A stretch of DNA of 55,510 bases from NCBI GenBank assembly GCA_030433295.1, contig JAUIMJ010000001.1, forward strand, positions 1 to 55,510. The letters are read 5' to 3'. The position numbers and the translations under genes are program-made. The notes beneath the pieces were generated by a model. The model had not been told where the DNA came from. It saw only the letters and a program-made list of their open reading frames with translations, and ran no database searches. Shown in pieces: positions 38,199 through 47,368 of this stretch (the stretch's first letter is position 1; each line of letters begins with the position of its first letter). Source of the stretch: a bacterium. Its GTDB lineage: Bacteria > Bdellovibrionota_C > UBA2361 > SZUA-149.

Positions 38199-38882
38199 TT
38201 AATTCCTTTCGCTGTAGTGGTCGCTTCCTGGTAGCTCAAACAGCTCACTTACCTGCAGAAGAGCGCTTCCATAGCCGATAAGGTTTCTGGCCGATGCGGA
38301 GAACAATGAGGATTCTTCGGTAGAATTCGCAATATCTCGCAGCAAAGCGGGAAGCTGTTCAATCATCTGAGCTTCGAGTATGTCGGGAGACTCCGGTGTG
38401 ATCAGCCTTGCCCGTGAATTGCAATAATAGCACGCATGGCTGAGTCCCAGATGAAAGGCTACGAGAAATTGTTTTTGCCTCGCCCCTTCTACTTCCGATT
38501 GCTGCTGCCGGACAATCTGCCGAAGCTCTGCTTCGGCAGACTCCAGGACCTTGTCGAGGTAGCCGGGGTAGAAGCGGCTCCAGATTTCCAGAGCTTCAAA
38601 CAGGGCAGCATACGCGATACTGCATTCGGCCATAGCCTTGTATCGAGTCTTCCATGGTGCATCGACTGTACGGATCAACCGCAGCGATGATTTGAGCATG
38701 GATGCAATCCTTCGTCCGCAACGGCGACGTTCCCCGGAGCTCCTGCCGGAGACGGGGCTTGTGTGTTCAGTGATCTCAGCGCGCACGAAGCGCGCAGAGA
38801 GTTCCTTTGCAATATGAATCACCAGCGGCGAGTCCGCGTGCCTTGTGAAAAAGACACCTTCATCAAAATACTTCGTCATCAT
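38199..38882 (-). CDS. Hypothetical protein
   Basis: 227-aa ORF with ordinary composition and no recognised motif. Co-directional with the dehydratase gene and divergent from the YheO-like regulator gene. Confidence 0.5.
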   Translation of the reverse strand: MMTKYFDEGVFFTRHADSPLVIHIAKELSARFVRAEITEHTSPVSGRSSGERRRCGRRIASMLKSSLRLIRTVDAPWKTRYKAMAECSIAYAALFEALEIWSRFYPGYLDKVLESAEAELRQIVRQQQSEVEGARQKQFLVAFHLGLSHACYYCNSRARLITPESPDILEAQMIEQLPALLRDIANSTEESSLFSASARNLIGYGSALLQVSELFELPGSDHYSERN

Positions 38883-39157
38883 CTTCTCCTCGAGTAGAGT
38901 GAAACTCCAGTGTAAAAACCCAGTGAAAAAACCAGTGAAAAAACATGCACTACCTGCCTGGGGAGCAGCTTGTGCTTCACCTGTCCCTTCCCTAGTGGGC
39001 GCAAAGGGAAAGGGCGACAGGGAGATTGCTTCATCCCCCTGACATCGCTTGCGTCTACCCGAATAAAACTGTAAAATAGTAAACTTAATGACTGCTTACA
39101 GAGTGTTAAAAAACTTACACAAAGTCAAGCGAGACCTTGTCTCTTCGGGGGATTTTT

Positions 39158-39787
39158 ATGACAGATCATGAATTACTTAGCCATTACACACGCTTAGCTA
39201 GAGTAGTCGCCGAAATGTTTTCTCCGGTCCTGGAGGTCCTGGTGCATGATCTACGTAAGCCGGAGCAGTCGATTATCGCAATTTACAATGCACATGTGAC
39301 GGGGCGGGAAGTAGGTGACGGTGCTACTGACCTCGGCTTGCGTCGACTGGCCGATTCCAGTGTGCCGGATGTTCTTGTTAACTACGCCAATGCTGCACCT
39401 GACGGTCGACCGCTGAAATCCTCAACTATCGCCATCAGGAATTCTGATGGCGTGCTCCTTGGTTCTATTTGCTTTAATCTCGATACCTCCTATTTTTCTG
39501 AGTTTTCTGCCTTCATTCAGCAGTTTATCGCGGCAGAAATGACAGCAGTGGTTTCCGGGGGAGAGGATTTTAACCCGAGGACGCCCAAGCAGGAGATACA
39601 CGAAGAAATCAGTCGATTGCTGCTTGAACGCAACTGGCAGAACAAACGTCTATCCAAGGAGGACAAGAAGCACATTGTTTCTGAACTCAAGCGTCAGGGG
39701 ATTTTCAATAAACGGGCCGCGGTATCAACGGTAGCGAAGGAATTGCAGCTCACTCGTCCGACGATTTATAGCTACCTAAAGTCATAG
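39158..39787 (+). CDS. YheO/DauR-like transcriptional regulator (PAS-like YheO domain plus C-terminal HTH)
   Basis: N-terminal LLSHYTRLARVVAEMFSPVLEVLVHDL..SIIAIYNAHVTGREVGD. C-terminal HTH AVSTVAKELQLTRPTIYSYLK. ATG at 39158. Confidence 0.75.
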   Translation: MTDHELLSHYTRLARVVAEMFSPVLEVLVHDLRKPEQSIIAIYNAHVTGREVGDGATDLGLRRLADSSVPDVLVNYANAAPDGRPLKSSTIAIRNSDGVLLGSICFNLDTSYFSEFSAFIQQFIAAEMTAVVSGGEDFNPRTPKQEIHEEISRLLLERNWQNKRLSKEDKKHIVSELKRQGIFNKRAAVSTVAKELQLTRPTIYSYLKS

Positions 39788-39865
39788 TGCTATTTTATCC
39801 TCCTTTTTGAGGAATTTTGTGTTCTTGTCATCAGTGTTCTTATTATCAGTGGTGAGGTTTCAGTA

Positions 39866-40423
39866 ATGAGCATTCTGAAAAGGTGTATCGCAGTGTTTGT
39901 TATGTCTGTGCTCCCAACCGTGTGTATTGCGCATGCTGAATCTGCAGATCAAGCGATTGCGAGGTTTGTAAAAGAGATTGGGCTTAGAGCAAAACTGCTC
40001 AAGGAGTTTGACCGAACGGTAGAGCGGGTCGCAAATCAGACGCTGATGGAGGTGACCCGTGGGGGCGCGGCGGCAGCAACGGATGAGAAGTGGTTGGAGC
40101 GCGTTAACGCGGTACGTCCGATAGCTAATCGGGCCTTTGATGCGGCTGCGATTATCAAAGAGCTGCATTTTCCTTACTATCGGCAGTATTACACTGAGGA
40201 AGAAATGCGTCAGCTGAGCGAGTATCACAAAATGATAAAAGCTGCGGTTGAGCAGGGCACGGCGCGAAGTATATTGGAGGCGCGGGCTGCTGATTTCGCC
40301 GGAACATCGGCAGGTAAGAAGTATCTTGAGCTGCGGCAACAGGAGATTATGCTCTGGGATGTGACGAGAGAACGGATTGAGAAAATCGCTCGGGACAGTG
40401 CGGCGAAAGCCTTTTCCGAATAA
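39866..40423 (+). CDS. Secreted DUF2059-like protein
   Basis: Signal peptide MSILKRCIAVFVMSVLPTVCIAHA. YYTEEEMRQLSEY...TSAGKKYLEL resembles the DUF2059 core. Confidence 0.5.
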   Translation: MSILKRCIAVFVMSVLPTVCIAHAESADQAIARFVKEIGLRAKLLKEFDRTVERVANQTLMEVTRGGAAAATDEKWLERVNAVRPIANRAFDAAAIIKELHFPYYRQYYTEEEMRQLSEYHKMIKAAVEQGTARSILEARAADFAGTSAGKKYLELRQQEIMLWDVTRERIEKIARDSAAKAFSE

Positions 40424-40450
40424 ACGTATGTTGCCCGAAGGGAGGGCCTG

Positions 40451-41236
40451 ATGATTACGAAATCTGAAGTCGAAGATCTGGAAACGCCGAGCGGCACCAT
40501 GCGCTGTTACGTGTACCGACCGCTTGCGGCGGGTAGATATCCGGCGGTGATGTTCTTCTCCGAAATTTTTCAACAGACGGAGCCGATACAACGAGCTGCG
40601 ACCTTTCTCGCCGGACATGGGTTTTTGGTAGTTGTGCCTGAGATATTCCATGAACTTAATCCTATCGGAACCGTACTCGGCTATGATGACGAGGGCAAAG
40701 AAAAGGGTAATGCGGATAAGATTACCAAAAAGCTGGCACACTATGACAGCGATGTGGAAGCCCTGGTTACGTTTATGGAAAAGCATCCCGCCTCAACCGG
40801 TAAAATTGGTTCTATGGGGATCTGCATCGGTGGTCATTTGTCATTTCGTGCAGCCATGCACCCCCGCGTCCTTGCCGCGAGCTGCCTATACGCCACGGAT
40901 ATACATTCATCAAGCCTTGGCGAGGGAAAGAACGATGATTCACTTGCAAGAGCGGGAGACATCAATGCCGAGTTACAAATGATCTGGGGTCGGCAGGATC
41001 CGCATGTGCCGGCTGAGGGAAGATTAGCTATCTACCAGAGACTCACGGAGGCGGAGTGCCATTTTACCTGGCATGAGTTCAATGCTCCTCACGCTTTTCT
41101 TCGGGATGAGGGGCACCGCTATGATCCGGAGTTATCGCTGATTTGTTACCAGCTTGCTATTGGCTTGTTTAACCGCAAGCTGTCGCAGGGCGATATACCC
41201 GATACTACTGAGGTGTCGCCGGATCAGGATTGTTAA
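40451..41236 (+). CDS. Dienelactone hydrolase family protein
   Basis: YPAVMFFSEIFQ, GFLVVVPEIFHE, nucleophile motif GSMGICIGGH, C-terminal ..HAF.. His region. Confidence 0.85.
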   Translation: MITKSEVEDLETPSGTMRCYVYRPLAAGRYPAVMFFSEIFQQTEPIQRAATFLAGHGFLVVVPEIFHELNPIGTVLGYDDEGKEKGNADKITKKLAHYDSDVEALVTFMEKHPASTGKIGSMGICIGGHLSFRAAMHPRVLAASCLYATDIHSSSLGEGKNDDSLARAGDINAELQMIWGRQDPHVPAEGRLAIYQRLTEAECHFTWHEFNAPHAFLRDEGHRYDPELSLICYQLAIGLFNRKLSQGDIPDTTEVSPDQDC

Positions 41237-41286
41237 CCCCCCTGGTTGGCGCCCGGACTATTACCTGGCGCGAGAGTAGTGCACGT

Positions 41287-41601
41287 ATGAGATTTTTTCT
41301 AACGACAATCTTTCTGCTGATCCTTGGGGCCTTCATCCTGGACCTGGCCTCCGAGGATTATATGATCAGTAGCTACGTCTTTTTCGTTTCTATAATCCTG
41401 GCAAGTGCCGCGGTTCTCAAGGTCTGCATCGACCTGGTTTTGCACATTCGGCGCAAGGAGGATGTGACGCAAACATTTCTCGACGAGCCAGAGGGGCAAA
41501 CCTTCTATGAGATTGAGGACTTTGCGCGCGCTGTTGATAAGAGGGAGCGTGAAAAGGTCGCCCGACGGATGCGCTTCGGATCAGATAAGAAGCCGAAGTA
41601 G
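41287..41601 (+). CDS. Hypothetical two-helix membrane protein
   Basis: MRFFLTTIFLLILGAFILDL and SSYVFFVSIILASAAVLKVCIDLVL helices, with a charged C-terminus. ATG at 41287. Confidence 0.4.
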   Translation: MRFFLTTIFLLILGAFILDLASEDYMISSYVFFVSIILASAAVLKVCIDLVLHIRRKEDVTQTFLDEPEGQTFYEIEDFARAVDKREREKVARRMRFGSDKKPK

Positions 41602-41836
41602 TTTTTCGCAATACCCGCATAGAAGTTTGTGCCAATCCTAGGCCTGACGAGCAGTTCTGCTGCGCCTCCTGCTTTTTGCCACCCATAAGCTACCAGAGTC
41701 GCTGAGTCTTTTTCCCTTCATTCAGGCCCGGAATCATTTCATGCCTCAGCGCATCATAGAAGAATGCCCCCATTTTCCTTTGCAGAGGGTTTCTATTGTG
41801 CAATCGACGGCATATTAACCGGGTCATACGCCCTGA

Positions 41837-42523
41837 GTGGAATACGGAACAATGAACAATTCAAGCGGAGTCGCTCCATCACCCGAAGTCGCGCGTTTTC
41901 TTCGAGAGAACTGTGCAATCGCGAGAAAGAAGGGTGAGGCCATAAACCTGGATGACTGTTGTTACGGCAAGATACATAGGGGAGGTGGCTTCGCTGAACA
42001 ACCATCGAACTATTACTACTTTCTCGCCGGTATTGTTAATCACTTTGAGTTAAAACGCGTGTTCGAGGTTGGGACGCACTATGGCGGTTCTATTCGCTCG
42101 ATGATTCGCGGTCTTACGGACCAGAAAAGCAGGGATGAATCGCTCTACGCGACCGCTGATGTCACCTTCTACAACGCCGAAGCCTTCGGGCACTATCCGG
42201 ATACGCTCATTCGTCGTTTCCACGGGGATGCAGGGGCAGCCGAGGAGGTAGAAAAAGTAAAGAAGCTTTTCGGTGGTGAGCCCATTGATATGCTCTATGT
42301 GGATGCGATTCACAGTTACGATGGAACGGCCTTGCACGTTAATCTCTATGCAAATGCATTGAGGCCAAGGTTTCTCGTGCTTGACGATATTCACCTCAAT
42401 CATGAGATGGAGCGTCTCTGGAACGACATGGTGAAGATCTTTGGCGATCAGGCCTATGACGCGACGGAAATATCGGGTCGAGGCGAGTCCGGCTTCGGGG
42501 TTATTCTTATGAGGAACAGCTAA
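41837..42523 (+). CDS. Probable class I SAM-dependent methyltransferase (Methyltransf_24/CmcI-like)
   Basis: VFEVGTHYGGSIRSM (G-rich motif I-like), LYVDAIHSY and FLVLDDI blocks. Assignment is by motif resemblance only. Confidence 0.5.
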   Translation: MEYGTMNNSSGVAPSPEVARFLRENCAIARKKGEAINLDDCCYGKIHRGGGFAEQPSNYYYFLAGIVNHFELKRVFEVGTHYGGSIRSMIRGLTDQKSRDESLYATADVTFYNAEAFGHYPDTLIRRFHGDAGAAEEVEKVKKLFGGEPIDMLYVDAIHSYDGTALHVNLYANALRPRFLVLDDIHLNHEMERLWNDMVKIFGDQAYDATEISGRGESGFGVILMRNS

Positions 42524-42581
42524 AGCGGTCGCAGGATAAAATCGCGCTTTGTTTATCCGAAGACTGCTCCAATCGCCAGTC

Positions 42582-43073
42582 TTAGTCCCGTATAAAATGA
42601 CAATTGTATCCGCCGGGATTCTTCTTCAAGTAGTCCTGATGGTATTCCTCGGCAGGGTAGTAGACCTTTCCTCGTTCAATTGTGGTGACGATCTTTGAGC
42701 CCCAGCGCGTTCCCTTCTTCTCCTTTTCAATAGCCGCCGCCGCACAGGCCTCCTGCTCCGGGGATGATGTGAAAATCGCGGAGCGATACTGTGTTCCGCG
42801 ATCATTTCCCTGTTGATTGAGCGTGGTCGGATCGTGAATCTTAAAGAAAAAATCGAGAATGCTTTCGAGAGAGGTCTGCGCAGGGTCATAGACGATGTTG
42901 ACCGCTTCAGCGTGTCCGCTTGTTCCGGTCTTAACGTGTTCGTAGGTCGCGGTCTCTTCGGAGCCCCCGATGTAGCCAACACTCGTATTAACAACGCCGG
43001 GCAGGTCTGCGAAGAGATGTTCTACTCCCCAGAAGCATCCGCCGGCCAGAACGATAGAAGAAGTTTCACTCAT
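42582..43073 (-). CDS. msrA: Peptide-methionine (S)-S-oxide reductase MsrA
   Basis: LAGGCFWGVEHLF active-site motif, GHAEAV, DPTTLNQQGNDRGTQYRSAIF, YHQDYL. Confidence 0.95.
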   Translation of the reverse strand: MSETSSIVLAGGCFWGVEHLFADLPGVVNTSVGYIGGSEETATYEHVKTGTSGHAEAVNIVYDPAQTSLESILDFFFKIHDPTTLNQQGNDRGTQYRSAIFTSSPEQEACAAAAIEKEKKGTRWGSKIVTTIERGKVYYPAEEYHQDYLKKNPGGYNCHFIRD

Positions 43074-43314
43074 AATTTTTCTTAATAAATATGTTTGTAT
43101 CGTGGTATACTAGCCTAACCTCAAGATGCGATTTTGCCTAGGCTGTTCGGTGGCTATTACGCTAAATCTGCATATATGCGTATGAATAAGAAAAAGGGTG
43201 GTGGCCCCATGCTCCGCCCATATGGCACCATGAACCTCTGAACTCGGCGCGGCGATGTCCGTGACGAGTGGGATTTTTGTCGTTCTCGTCCGTCCATACT
43301 GATGAGAACGATCT

Positions 43315-44505
43315 GTGAGAGGAATTGATGCACGTCAGCGCTTATGGAGAGGACGTTTGAATCGCAGGTCTAAAATCATTGCTGCACTGGTGATTTGTGT
43401 CGCCGCAGGGCTGTTTGCGGTCTTTTCCAGTGGTGTGTTCAGCGCGCCGGAGCGGGTACCACTGTCAGTAGTACGCGCGGAAGCGTTTGAGTTCACCGAT
43501 CTTATGCGTCGAAAGGGCAACCTTGGAATTTCCTGTGGGCTTAATAATGCGTGTCGGGAGGTACCGGGGCAGCACCTCACCAACAGTGCCTGGCAGATTC
43601 TCGGACTTTCCCGAATGCATACGGTTGACTCCAGGCGCTCATACCTTCCTGAACTAAAGACCAGTCTGAAGGCGTACTTCGATCCCAAAGGTCCATTTCA
43701 GGATCAGGCGTATTCATTTCATCAATTGTACGAAGCGTATCAGTTGACAGGGGAGAAAGAGTTTCTCATCTGGTTTGTTGATCGCATCGGAATCATGGTG
43801 CCCCACGCTAATGCTATCCTAAAGAGTGCCCCGGAAAAATTCGATCCCATGCTGGTTGCCACTCTGGCCCGGCAGTTGGGGCAGGCGGCAGCTCTGTTTT
43901 CAGACGCTTCTATGGAGAGCTTTCTTCAGGAACGACGGCGTTTACCTAAAGATGCTTCGCGCGCGAAGCTGGAGGCAAGGCGTAAGGCTGACTCATATCT
44001 GGCGCTCGCAAATGCACTGCTTGATTTCTCACGCTCTGATGAACGATTTTCTGAACCTGACGTTATTGAAGGTTTTGATGAAGCGGACCAGCGCTCATGT
44101 TTCAGATTCTGGGCACGGAGTGCGATGTATCTTGCCTCGGATAAACCCAAGGACTTCGCTCGGCTGCGGGCCTTTATGAAAGGTGCTGACTTTTTGTCGA
44201 AGAGTCGTGAGCAACTTCGTTTTTCTAACCTTCAGACCGTACTGCCCTGTATTCACGCGTTTCAGGAGCTTGGCGAGAAAGACAGCAAATTCAAGAAGAC
44301 CGCCTTGCATCTTCTGAAAGAGGTGGTTGTTCCGAACTGGGATGGCTCACGGAGAGACTTGTGCCGTGGGGACGGAGGATTCTTCGCTGATGTCCGGCCG
44401 AAGGAGCGTCTCTGCGATCAGAATACCAAATCGGTCTCTGATAATGCCTGGGTTATATTTTTGCTAAGCAATGAGGTCGCTTCTGTTGAAGTTGAAATTA
44501 ACTAG
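43315..44505 (+). CDS. Hypothetical N-terminally membrane-anchored protein, first gene of the 43.3-49.8 kb cluster
   Basis: [24 protein letters not shown], then a ~340-aa helical soluble domain. The real start may be TTG 43357, which is preceded by GGAGAGGA. Confidence 0.55.
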   Translation: MRGIDARQRLWRGRLNRRSKIIAALVICVAAGLFAVFSSGVFSAPERVPLSVVRAEAFEFTDLMRRKGNLGISCGLNNACREVPGQHLTNSAWQILGLSRMHTVDSRRSYLPELKTSLKAYFDPKGPFQDQAYSFHQLYEAYQLTGEKEFLIWFVDRIGIMVPHANAILKSAPEKFDPMLVATLARQLGQAAALFSDASMESFLQERRRLPKDASRAKLEARRKADSYLALANALLDFSRSDERFSEPDVIEGFDEADQRSCFRFWARSAMYLASDKPKDFARLRAFMKGADFLSKSREQLRFSNLQTVLPCIHAFQELGEKDSKFKKTALHLLKEVVVPNWDGSRRDLCRGDGGFFADVRPKERLCDQNTKSVSDNAWVIFLLSNEVASVEVEIN

Positions 44506-46450
44506 ACGTATTGTTTATCCGTTTCTTTTTGCAACGGCAGTATTGCTCTCGTTCCCTTTGGCGAGCATGGCGCAGAGATCCTGCCCGCAAGGACCTTCAT
44601 CCTGTCCGGCATGCGCGGAGGGCGAAATTTGTCGCTGTCCTGAACCCATACCCGGTTGTCCCCGTGTGTGTTCCTGTGCAGAGAATGAATGCAACGACAT
44701 CGACTGCGGAGATCAATGTTGTTACGATAATTCCAGTTCCGGGCCTCATTGTAACCCGTGTAATAGCGATTGCCCGGAGCCTAATCCCTGCGAGCAGGAA
44801 ACGACCTGCGAAGACTCCTCCCAGGCCTGTTCTACGGTAAGTGTTCCCTGTCCGGGCTGTGGAAATGTGACCTCACCGCAGTGTGAGTGTGAGCCCTGTC
44901 CGACGCCGACACCGGAGCCCACTGCTGAACCGACCCTGGAGCCAACGCCGGAACCAACGGCAACTCCTGAGCCAACTGCGGAACCTACGGAAACACCGGA
45001 ACCTACGGCTACACCGGAACCAACCGCTGAGCCTACAGAAACGCCGGAACCTACATCGACTCCGGAACCGACCGCCACACCAGAGCCTACGCCTACACCG
45101 GAGCCAACTCCAACGCCTCGACCTACGTCGACTCCTCGACCTACGCCGACGCCGCGGCCGACTCCTCCGCCTACACCGCGTCCGACACCATCAATTACGC
45201 CACTACCTACGCCGCCTCCTACGCCGGAGCCGACGATCTGGTGGACGCCCGAACCGACCTGGACACCTCCGCCCACGCCGGAACCAACCGTATGGTGGAC
45301 GCCTGAACCAACGTGGACACCTTCTTCAAGTAGCAGCTCGTCAGCGAGTTCTGCGTCCTCAAGTAGTGCGTCCTCTGCGAGCTCAACCTCTTCGTCGACG
45401 TCATCCTCGACCTCGTCTACGAGTTCTTCGACGTCCAGTTCAAGCTCGGCAAGTTCCTCGAGCGCAAGCTCGGCCAGTTCAACGAGCGCAAGCTCGGCAA
45501 GTTCATCAAGTGCCAGCTCGACGAGTTCATCTACCAGTAGTTCGACGTCCTCCGCCTCGAGTGCGAGTTCCAGTACGACTTCATCTGCGTCCAGTAGTAC
45601 CTCGTCAACGTCCAGTACTTCGAGTGCCAGCAGCACGAGTTCCTCGACCTCGAGTAGTGCCTCTTCGACGTCCAGTGCTTCAAGCGCCTCCTCGGCGAGT
45701 AGTTCGACGTCCAGCTCTACCTCTTCGTCGACCTCCTCAGCGAGTTCGTCTACTAGTTCAGCGAGTTCCTCGACAAGTTCATCTGCAAGCTCATCCACCA
45801 GCTCGTCGACGAGCAGCTCAACGTCATCTGCTTCGAGTACGAGTTCAAGTACCAGCTCCTCTACCTCAAGCAGTGCGTCCTCGACCTCTTCCTCAGCGTC
45901 GAGTGCAAGTTCGTCGACTTCGAGTGCCAGTTCCAGCACTTCCTCGTCAACATCTAGCAGTACGTCTTCGAGCACCTCTTCTGCCAGTTCGTCGACCAGT
46001 TCCTCAACATCGAGTGCAAGTTCGTCGACCTCGAGCGCCAGTTCAAGTAGTACGTCCTCTGCGAGTTCGACGTCATCGTCCACTTCTTCCGCGAGTTCGT
46101 CGACCAGCAGTTCAACCTCATCGAGTACCTCAAGCGCCAGCTCGACCAGCTCCTCGACGAGTTCGTCCACGAGCTCATCGACGAGTAGCTCTACCTCCTC
46201 TGCTTCAAGTACGAGTTCTTCAACCTCTTCTTCTACGAGCTCGACCGCGTCATCATCGACCTCTAGTGCATCGAGTTCAAGTTCCTCGAGTTCGAGCAGT
46301 AGTTCGTCGAGTGCTTCCAGTTCAACGTCGAGCTCAACCTCGAGTAGCACGTCGAGTTCGAGTTCGTCGACGTCGTCAGCGTCCAGCGCGACCTCGAGTA
46401 GTTCTACTTCGTCAGGTGGGGCTCCGAAGATTCCAATGCTGATTCGCTAG
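44471..46450 (+). CDS. Secreted mucin-like protein: signal peptide, ~110-aa Cys-rich domain (~23 Cys), ~140-aa Pro/Thr/Glu linker, then a 364-aa tract of only Ser/Thr/Ala
   Basis: Signal peptide [26 protein letters not shown]. Cys-rich CPxC-type region. (EPTxTP)n repeats and duplicated PPPTPEPT(I/V)[13 protein letters not shown]-only codons from 45323 to 46414. Co-directional with and overlapping its neighbours. The start (ATG 44471 or TTG 44486) is uncertain. Confidence 0.7.
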   Translation: MRSLLLKLKLTRRIVYPFLFATAVLLSFPLASMAQRSCPQGPSSCPACAEGEICRCPEPIPGCPRVCSCAENECNDIDCGDQCCYDNSSSGPHCNPCNSDCPEPNPCEQETTCEDSSQACSTVSVPCPGCGNVTSPQCECEPCPTPTPEPTAEPTLEPTPEPTATPEPTAEPTETPEPTATPEPTAEPTETPEPTSTPEPTATPEPTPTPEPTPTPRPTSTPRPTPTPRPTPPPTPRPTPSITPLPTPPPTPEPTIWWTPEPTWTPPPTPEPTVWWTPEPTWTPSSSSSSSASSASSSSASSASSTSSSTSSSTSSTSSSTSSSSSASSSSASSASSTSASSASSSSASSTSSSTSSSTSSASSASSSTTSSASSSTSSTSSTSSASSTSSSTSSSASSTSSASSASSASSSTSSSTSSSTSSASSSTSSASSSTSSSASSSTSSSTSSSTSSASSTSSSTSSSTSSSASSTSSSASSASSSTSSASSSTSSSTSSSTSSSTSSASSSTSSSTSSASSSTSSASSSSTSSASSTSSSTSSASSSTSSSTSSSTSSASSTSSSTSSSTSSSTSSSTSSASSTSSSTSSSTSSTASSSTSSASSSSSSSSSSSSSSASSSTSSSTSSSTSSSSSSTSSASSATSSSSTSSGGAPKIPMLIR

Positions 46451-46491
46451 CAGGTTCCGGTAGATACACTTGGGTTTATGGAAGAGGTGCG

Positions 46492-46938
46492 ATGACAGAA
46501 AAGAGAAGATGTGAGTCAGGAGTGGCAATTACGGAATTCGCCATATCTGCTCCGCTGATTATATTGCTGCTTGTTGGTCTGATAAATCTGGGTTCCATGT
46601 TGTGGCAGGTTCATGTGTTTTCTGATGCTGCCCGCGAGGGGGCCCGGGTGGCAGCAAATCGATCAAACTTTGATAATGCCTGTGCTAATCTGGTGACAGA
46701 CGCGGGTAGTGCTACCGCAGAGTATATGAATAATGCGGGCAGTAATTATACGGCCAGTTGGGAAATGGTTGACGTGCAGCTCGCAAATGCCACCTGGGAT
46801 GGACTTTCGATGGACTTCGTGCGCGTCAGTACCAAGACAAATTCGAGCGACAACTGTCTACTCTGCTTTGATGGCATCCTTACGTATATAGACGTAGAAC
46901 TATGGAGCAGTTTCGCACTTGAAAAGCCTTGTACGTAA
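46492..46938 (+). CDS. TadE-like (Flp-pilus pseudopilin-type) protein
   Basis: N-terminal signature GVAITEFAISAPLIILLLVGLINLG, then FSDAAREGARVAA. Confidence 0.8.
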   Translation: MTEKRRCESGVAITEFAISAPLIILLLVGLINLGSMLWQVHVFSDAAREGARVAANRSNFDNACANLVTDAGSATAEYMNNAGSNYTASWEMVDVQLANATWDGLSMDFVRVSTKTNSSDNCLLCFDGILTYIDVELWSSFALEKPCT

Positions 46939-47368
46939 ATCTAACAGTGTCGCCGAAGAAAAGGGGGCGACTCTCGTAGAATTTGTGCTGGTGCTCATCG
47001 TCACGCTTGGGGTCATTGGTTTTATGATTGACTCAGCCGTCGCGTATTTTCACTATCACCTTCTCGTGCATGCAAATGCCGCTACGGTGCGGCGTCTTGC
47101 GGTGAATGTTCAGGGAGCGACAAGTGAACCGGACCTCGCCAATCTGGCTGAGACCATGGTTGATCAGCGCTATCGGAATGCCTATGGAGTGCAGATGCCC
47201 TCTGCGGACTTTGCCGCGAGGATTGAACGTACGCCAGATGCTGCGTGTCTTCTGCGAGTTCGCGCTGAGATGCCATTTCGTTGTTTCTTCTGTGTGTATT
47301 TTGATGGCCCCTTTAATTTGATTACTGAAGCAGAAGCTCTGATAGAGGATGAGTGTTTCACTTGTTAA
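46919..47368 (+). CDS. TadE-like protein (second copy)
   Basis: GATLVEFVLVLIVTLGVIGFMIDSAV signature. TTG start overlaps the previous gene by 20 nt. Confidence 0.7.
   Translation: MKSLVRKSNSVAEEKGATLVEFVLVLIVTLGVIGFMIDSAVAYFHYHLLVHANAATVRRLAVNVQGATSEPDLANLAETMVDQRYRNAYGVQMPSADFAARIERTPDAACLLRVRAEMPFRCFFCVYFDGPFNLITEAEALIEDECFTC

Noticed and set aside
39860-40786. 308-aa minus-strand ORF
   Set aside because: It is antisense to two plus-strand genes with recognisable families (DUF2059-like protein and dienelactone hydrolase). Its R/L/F/H/C-rich composition is typical of a shadow ORF.
42528-42540. 13-mer gtcgcaggataaa shared with repeat copy 2 at 8305-8317, in both cases followed by a GGATA(AA)...T(TT)ATCC hairpin just after a stop codon
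   Set aside because: By 4^-13 arithmetic, roughly twenty exact 13-mer coincidences are expected by chance in a window of this size. The similarity does not extend further, so I do not call it a third copy of the 8.2-kb element.
44746-46350. 534-aa minus-strand ORF (L/E/D/V/A-rich, then G/V/S-rich) and 519-aa alternative plus-frame ORF (44883-46442, R/P/V/Q-rich)
   Set aside because: Both are forced open by the S/T/A-only and P/T/E codon composition of the sense frame. No stop can arise in those registers. They lack signal, RBS and operon context, whereas the called frame has a signal peptide, a Cys-rich domain and coupling to its neighbours.
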